Positions 61,049 through 64,000 of a stretch of DNA of 64,000 nt are shown here, one piece after another. Numbering within the stretch: position 1 is the stretch's first letter; each line of letters starts with the position of its first letter. The notes under the pieces are model-generated. The model saw only the letters and a program-made list of their open reading frames with translations. It did no database searches and was not told the origin of the DNA. The stretch comes from an uncultured Alphaproteobacteria bacterium (GTDB lineage Bacteria > Pseudomonadota > Alphaproteobacteria > Rhizobiales > Xanthobacteraceae). The DNA lies in assembly GCA_963738845.1 (NCBI GenBank), contig CAVTYJ010000028.1:26383-90382 (forward strand), in the 5' to 3' direction. The position numbers and the translations under genes are program-made.

Positions 61049-61399
61049 ATGAGCATCCAGCGTTTTGAGACCGGGCCGCGCATGAGTCAGGTCGTCGTGC
61101 ACGGCAATACCGTTTACCTCGCCGGCATCGTCGCGAACAAGACCGCGGGCGAAAGCGTCACCAGGCAGACCCAGGAAATCCTGTCCATCATAGACGGCTA
61201 TCTGGCCAGGGCCGGCACCGACAAGTCGAAGCTGTTGTCGACCACGATCTACATCACCGACATGAAGACCTTTTCCGAGATGAACGCGGTGTGGGACGCC
61301 TGGGTGTCGCCGGGCAACACGCCGGCGCGCGCGACCGTGGAGGTCAAGCTCGCGGCGCCGCAATTCCACGTCGAGATCATGGTGACCGCGGCGAAGTGA
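61049..61399 (+). CDS. RidA/YjgF family protein
   Basis: The 116-aa protein has VVVHGNTVYLAGIVA, TTIYITDMKTFSEMNAVWDAW and ARATVEV, typical of the RidA family. Confidence 0.85.
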   Translation: MSIQRFETGPRMSQVVVHGNTVYLAGIVANKTAGESVTRQTQEILSIIDGYLARAGTDKSKLLSTTIYITDMKTFSEMNAVWDAWVSPGNTPARATVEVKLAAPQFHVEIMVTAAK

Positions 61400-61559
61400 G
61401 CGCGCTCAGGCGGGAGGCGGGTGCCGGTTGAGCTCGGTTCGGCCTTGCCCAAAGTCGTACTTGGATCTCTTGACCTGCGAGGTAATCGATTTCTCTCGCG
61501 CGATCGCTCGATAGTCGATGCGCCGAAGCAAACGGCTGTCATGCGAAGGAGACCAAGAG

Positions 61560-61925
61560 ATGACCGATATCACCAGTGTCGCGCGCCGCTATATCGAGCT
61601 CTGGAACGAGAGGACGCCGAGCCGCCGGCGCGAAATCCTGGCCTGCGACTGGACGGCTGACGCCAAATACGTCGATCCCGTAATGAGCGGTGAAGGCCAT
61701 GACGGGGTCGACGCGCTGATCGCGGGCGTGCAGCAGCGCTTTCCCGATTTCAGCTTCACCCTGATCGGAAAGGTCGACGGCTATGGCGATCACGTCCGCT
61801 TTTCCTGGGGTCTCGGCCCCGACGGCGCCGACGCCCCGATCAAGGGCACCGATGTCGCGGTGCTGAGGGAGGGACGGATCCGCAGCATCACCGGATTTCT
61901 GGATCAGATGCCGCAAGGCGCCTGA
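61560..61925 (+). CDS. NTF2-like (SnoaL-type) family protein
   Basis: ARRYIELWNERT...FSFTLIGKVDGYGDHVRFSW...GTDVAVLREGRIRSITGFLD. An AAGGAGA RBS lies upstream of ATG 61560. Confidence 0.7.
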   Translation: MTDITSVARRYIELWNERTPSRRREILACDWTADAKYVDPVMSGEGHDGVDALIAGVQQRFPDFSFTLIGKVDGYGDHVRFSWGLGPDGADAPIKGTDVAVLREGRIRSITGFLDQMPQGA

Positions 61926-61992
61926 AGCGGCGGCGATGGCGGGCGACGGCCCAGCCCGCGCCCGCCATCGATAGGGGCGAGGCGCACGCCTT

Positions 61993-63237
61993 TCAGTTTG
62001 CGGGCGCCGGAGATCCCTTGAGCGGATTCGAGGGAGCGGCAGACATGCAGGCCTGCAGGCGTCCCGGGCGATTGGCGCTCCAGCGACCGAACACTTCACG
62101 CGCAACACGCTCGATGTTTCCGGCCGAATAGTCCGAGCCCAGCATCGAGGCGGTGCCGCCCAGCACGAGAATTCCGAGCATGGTGGCACGAGGGGGGCCC
62201 TGCCCGGTCTCGAGCTCAAGCGCTACGGCCTCGCGGTTGTTCTTGATCGCGCCGGTCGTGCTGCGCAGCGCTTGGACAAAGGCAACCGACGCCTCGCCGA
62301 TTTGCCGGGGTGGCCCCTGGTCGCCGTAAACGCCGAAAGCAAGGCGCTCGACGCCTCCGATGGACGCCATCCCGATTGCGATATCGCCGACGTCGATTGC
62401 GCTGAAGACCGGCGGCAGGACCACGAACGGGATCGTCATGGCGTCAAGATGCTCCGCCGTGCGACAGCCCTCGTTCGCAGACGCTGCCAAAGGCGTTCCG
62501 CGCCTGGTCGTCGCCGCGATGAAATACGCATTTGGCTTGTCGCCATGCTGGCAGGGGAAGCCATCCTTGAACGGAATGATCTCGGTGTTGAACGTGACGG
62601 CGCGGTCGAGTTCGCTCGCGTAATAGAGCCGGGTCTCCTTCGGGGCATTGGTGCCGAAATAGGCTTTGAGATCGACCCAATGGTCTTTTCGGGCGGCAAT
62701 CTCCGACCAGAGCGAGGTCCAGGCCTTTGCGAAGGCGGGATTCGGCCCGGAAGCATATTGCGGAATCCGCCTGCTGTGCTCGTAGAGGCGTATTCCGGCG
62801 TTGCCGAGATCGTTGAGGGCACAAACCTGCGCGGCGGGATCATCCGTCGGGCCTTTGCAACGGTTGCCGAAGGGATCGTCGGGATGATACGCGCGCTTGC
62901 TCCCGTCGGTGTCGACCCCGATCGTGTTGAGCCTGATCAGCATGGTCCTTGGCTGATTGTCCGGCCCGACAGCGGGATCGGCGAGCAGGTGAAAGACCCG
63001 CTTCTGATCGCCTTTGGTTTGCTCGAGATCGATCCTGGCGAGACCGCAGGCTGGGCTCGTCGGCGCAGCCGGCCTGAAGATGCTTTGCAGCAGCGGCGGC
63101 GCGGGCTTCTTGCCGCGCAGCACCGGAAAGACGGCGTCAAGCAGTGCATCCGGCGGCGGATCGGCACGCGCCACGCCCGGCGTGCAGGTCAATCCTGCAA
63201 GAAGGGCAAGCGGAAGCACGAGGGAAATACGCTGCAT
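61993..63237 (-). CDS. secreted protein with glycoside hydrolase family 75 (chitosanase)-like motifs
   Basis: Signal peptide (MQRISLVLPLALLAGLTCTPGVARA). GVDTDGSKRAYHPDDP resembles the GH75 DxDCDG region, and IPFVVLP...AFGVYGDQGPPRQIGEASVAFVQAL resembles PYVVF...GIWGDTNG...GEASISLA (from memory). The start is set at ATG 63237. Confidence 0.45.
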   Translation of the reverse strand: MQRISLVLPLALLAGLTCTPGVARADPPPDALLDAVFPVLRGKKPAPPLLQSIFRPAAPTSPACGLARIDLEQTKGDQKRVFHLLADPAVGPDNQPRTMLIRLNTIGVDTDGSKRAYHPDDPFGNRCKGPTDDPAAQVCALNDLGNAGIRLYEHSRRIPQYASGPNPAFAKAWTSLWSEIAARKDHWVDLKAYFGTNAPKETRLYYASELDRAVTFNTEIIPFKDGFPCQHGDKPNAYFIAATTRRGTPLAASANEGCRTAEHLDAMTIPFVVLPPVFSAIDVGDIAIGMASIGGVERLAFGVYGDQGPPRQIGEASVAFVQALRSTTGAIKNNREAVALELETGQGPPRATMLGILVLGGTASMLGSDYSAGNIERVAREVFGRWSANRPGRLQACMSAAPSNPLKGSPAPAN

Positions 63238-63249
63238 GCGGAAAAAGCT

Positions 63250-63296
63250 TGGAGCGGGCGAAGGGAATCGAACCCTCGTATGCAGCTTGGGAAGCT
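63250..63296 (-). other. orphan 3' half of a tRNA-Gly(CCC) gene (positions ~29-76 including CCA), probable att-site remnant
   Basis: The minus strand reads AGC-TTCCCAA-GCTGC-ATAC-GAGGG-TTCGATT-CCCTT-CGCCCGC-T-CCA. That is part of an anticodon stem, a CCC loop, the variable loop, a complete T arm, the 3' acceptor strand, discriminator U and CCA. No matching 5' acceptor strand (GCGGGCG) or D arm follows. Confidence 0.7.
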
Positions 63297-63309
63297 CGGC
63301 GTTTCTCAA

Positions 63310-63531
63310 GTGGATCAATCCCCTGCCTGGAAAACTGGCGCTAAGCCGCCTCAATCGCATCAATGGGATAGCGGCGAATGGGAAAACCGGCAACGGCTTG
63401 ATCTGATCGTCCAGCGTGATGATGGCCTCTGGTCGATCGGCTGGGACGATGATGCCGATGGTCCGTTCGAAAGCAGAAGCTTCGCCGAGGCCATAGCCGC
63501 CAACCAGGCGCGCCGTGAAATGCCGCAATGA
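63310..63531 (+). CDS. small hypothetical ORF (start uncertain)
   Basis: The open frame ends in LDLIVQRDDGLWSIGWDDDADGPFESRSFAEAIAANQARREMPQ. Possible starts are GTG 63310 or ATG 63280, the latter inside the tRNA fragment. The stop overlaps the next ATG (ATGA). Confidence 0.3.
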   Translation: MDQSPAWKTGAKPPQSHQWDSGEWENRQRLDLIVQRDDGLWSIGWDDDADGPFESRSFAEAIAANQARREMPQ

Positions 63532-63856
63532 GCGCGTTTGTGGTCCGCCGCCTGACCCCGCGTGCGCTGGCGATCGTCGCTGCGCAATCCGGAAAATTCT
63601 TCAGCAATACGCGGCACAGTGATCGTGCTAGAAGTTCATCGCGCGGAAATCGTTGGACGGATTCCAGCGCCTTCACAGCACCACAGCCCATTTCGCCGGC
63701 GCGCAACCCTGCGCGTCAAACGAGAACGACCGCCAGTGTCGCAACTGGCGGCCGTTGAACTTGGGCCTCGAATTCCTTGGAAGGATTCGTTTATGCCATT
63801 AGTGTGCGAACAAATCAAGCGCACGCATCGGCTGGCCCGAAAATTAGGGGCTACCG

Positions 63857-64000
63857 ATGCTCACAGAGAATTCAAGTCGCGCCTGGCCTGTAAAGACGTT
63901 CAAAGATCGCGACGCCTGGATCAGGCTCTTTCTCGCGGTTGAAGCGCAGCCTGCGGGGCGACCCAAGCTTCGGCCAGGCACGTTGACCCACGCGGCAAAG
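63857..64000 (+). CDS. 5' end of an unidentified ORF running off the window
   Basis: ATG 63857 follows a GGGG RBS-like run. 48 codons are open to the window edge (MLTENSSRAWPVKTFKDRDAWIRLFLAVEAQPAGRPKLRPGTLTHAAK). Confidence 0.3.
   Translation, partial: MLTENSSRAWPVKTFKDRDAWIRLFLAVEAQPAGRPKLRPGTLTHAAK

Noticed and set aside
63250-63323. A complete tRNA gene on the minus strand.
   Set aside because: The 5' 27 nt (GGGGATTGATCCACTTGAGAAACGCCG) cannot form an acceptor stem with CGCCCGC, and there is no D arm. Only positions ~29-76 are tRNA-like, so it is reported as a fragment.
63238-63528. A long N-terminal extension of the 61993-63528 ORF (511 aa).
   Set aside because: The extension runs through the tRNA fragment and has no coding character. 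The internal ATG at 63237 gives a clean signal peptide.

Overview
This is a high-GC (about 65% by eye) alphaproteobacterial chromosome segment. Gene order and the dispersed REP-like hairpins resemble Bradyrhizobiaceae core chromosome; that attribution comes from memory, not a search. Most of the window is ordinary housekeeping DNA. In order it holds: a partial hybrid sensor kinase, a LuxR-type response regulator and an MFS transporter; the F0 ATP synthase operon (atpI-B-E-b'-b); a GNAT, M16 peptidase and thrC; the aa3 cytochrome oxidase cluster (coxB-coxA-ctaB-small ORF-ctaG-coxC-DUF983-SURF1); ialB, tldD, lepB, plant-type gshA and a MarR/GST pair; a beta-oxidation operon; a PodJ-like polarity protein; a TauE/TIGR02186 pair; the four ligase-associated DNA damage response genes; and pyrD, class I lysRS and an SCO copper chaperone. 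I saw no CRISPR array, IS element, integrase, rRNA or intact tRNA, and no recognisable defence system. The less ordinary parts are modest. (1) A low-GC islet carries a stand-alone EF-Tu domain III-like ORF (about 9.0-9.4 kb). (2) A roughly 4.4 kb insert splits the ligase-associated repair genes; it carries stacked repeats, a YVTN propeller/DUF305/Met-rich mini-protein module and a frameshifted methyltransferase. (3) An orphan 3' half of tRNA-Gly(CCC) sits at 63.25 kb, followed by lower-GC DNA, which suggests an island boundary. (4) A lower-GC accessory-looking block (60.0-63.2 kb) includes a secreted GH75-like protein. (5) At least three REP/hairpin repeat families are present. Start codons were chosen by hand from signal peptides, RBS context and overlaps. 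All family assignments rest on motif recognition without database searches.
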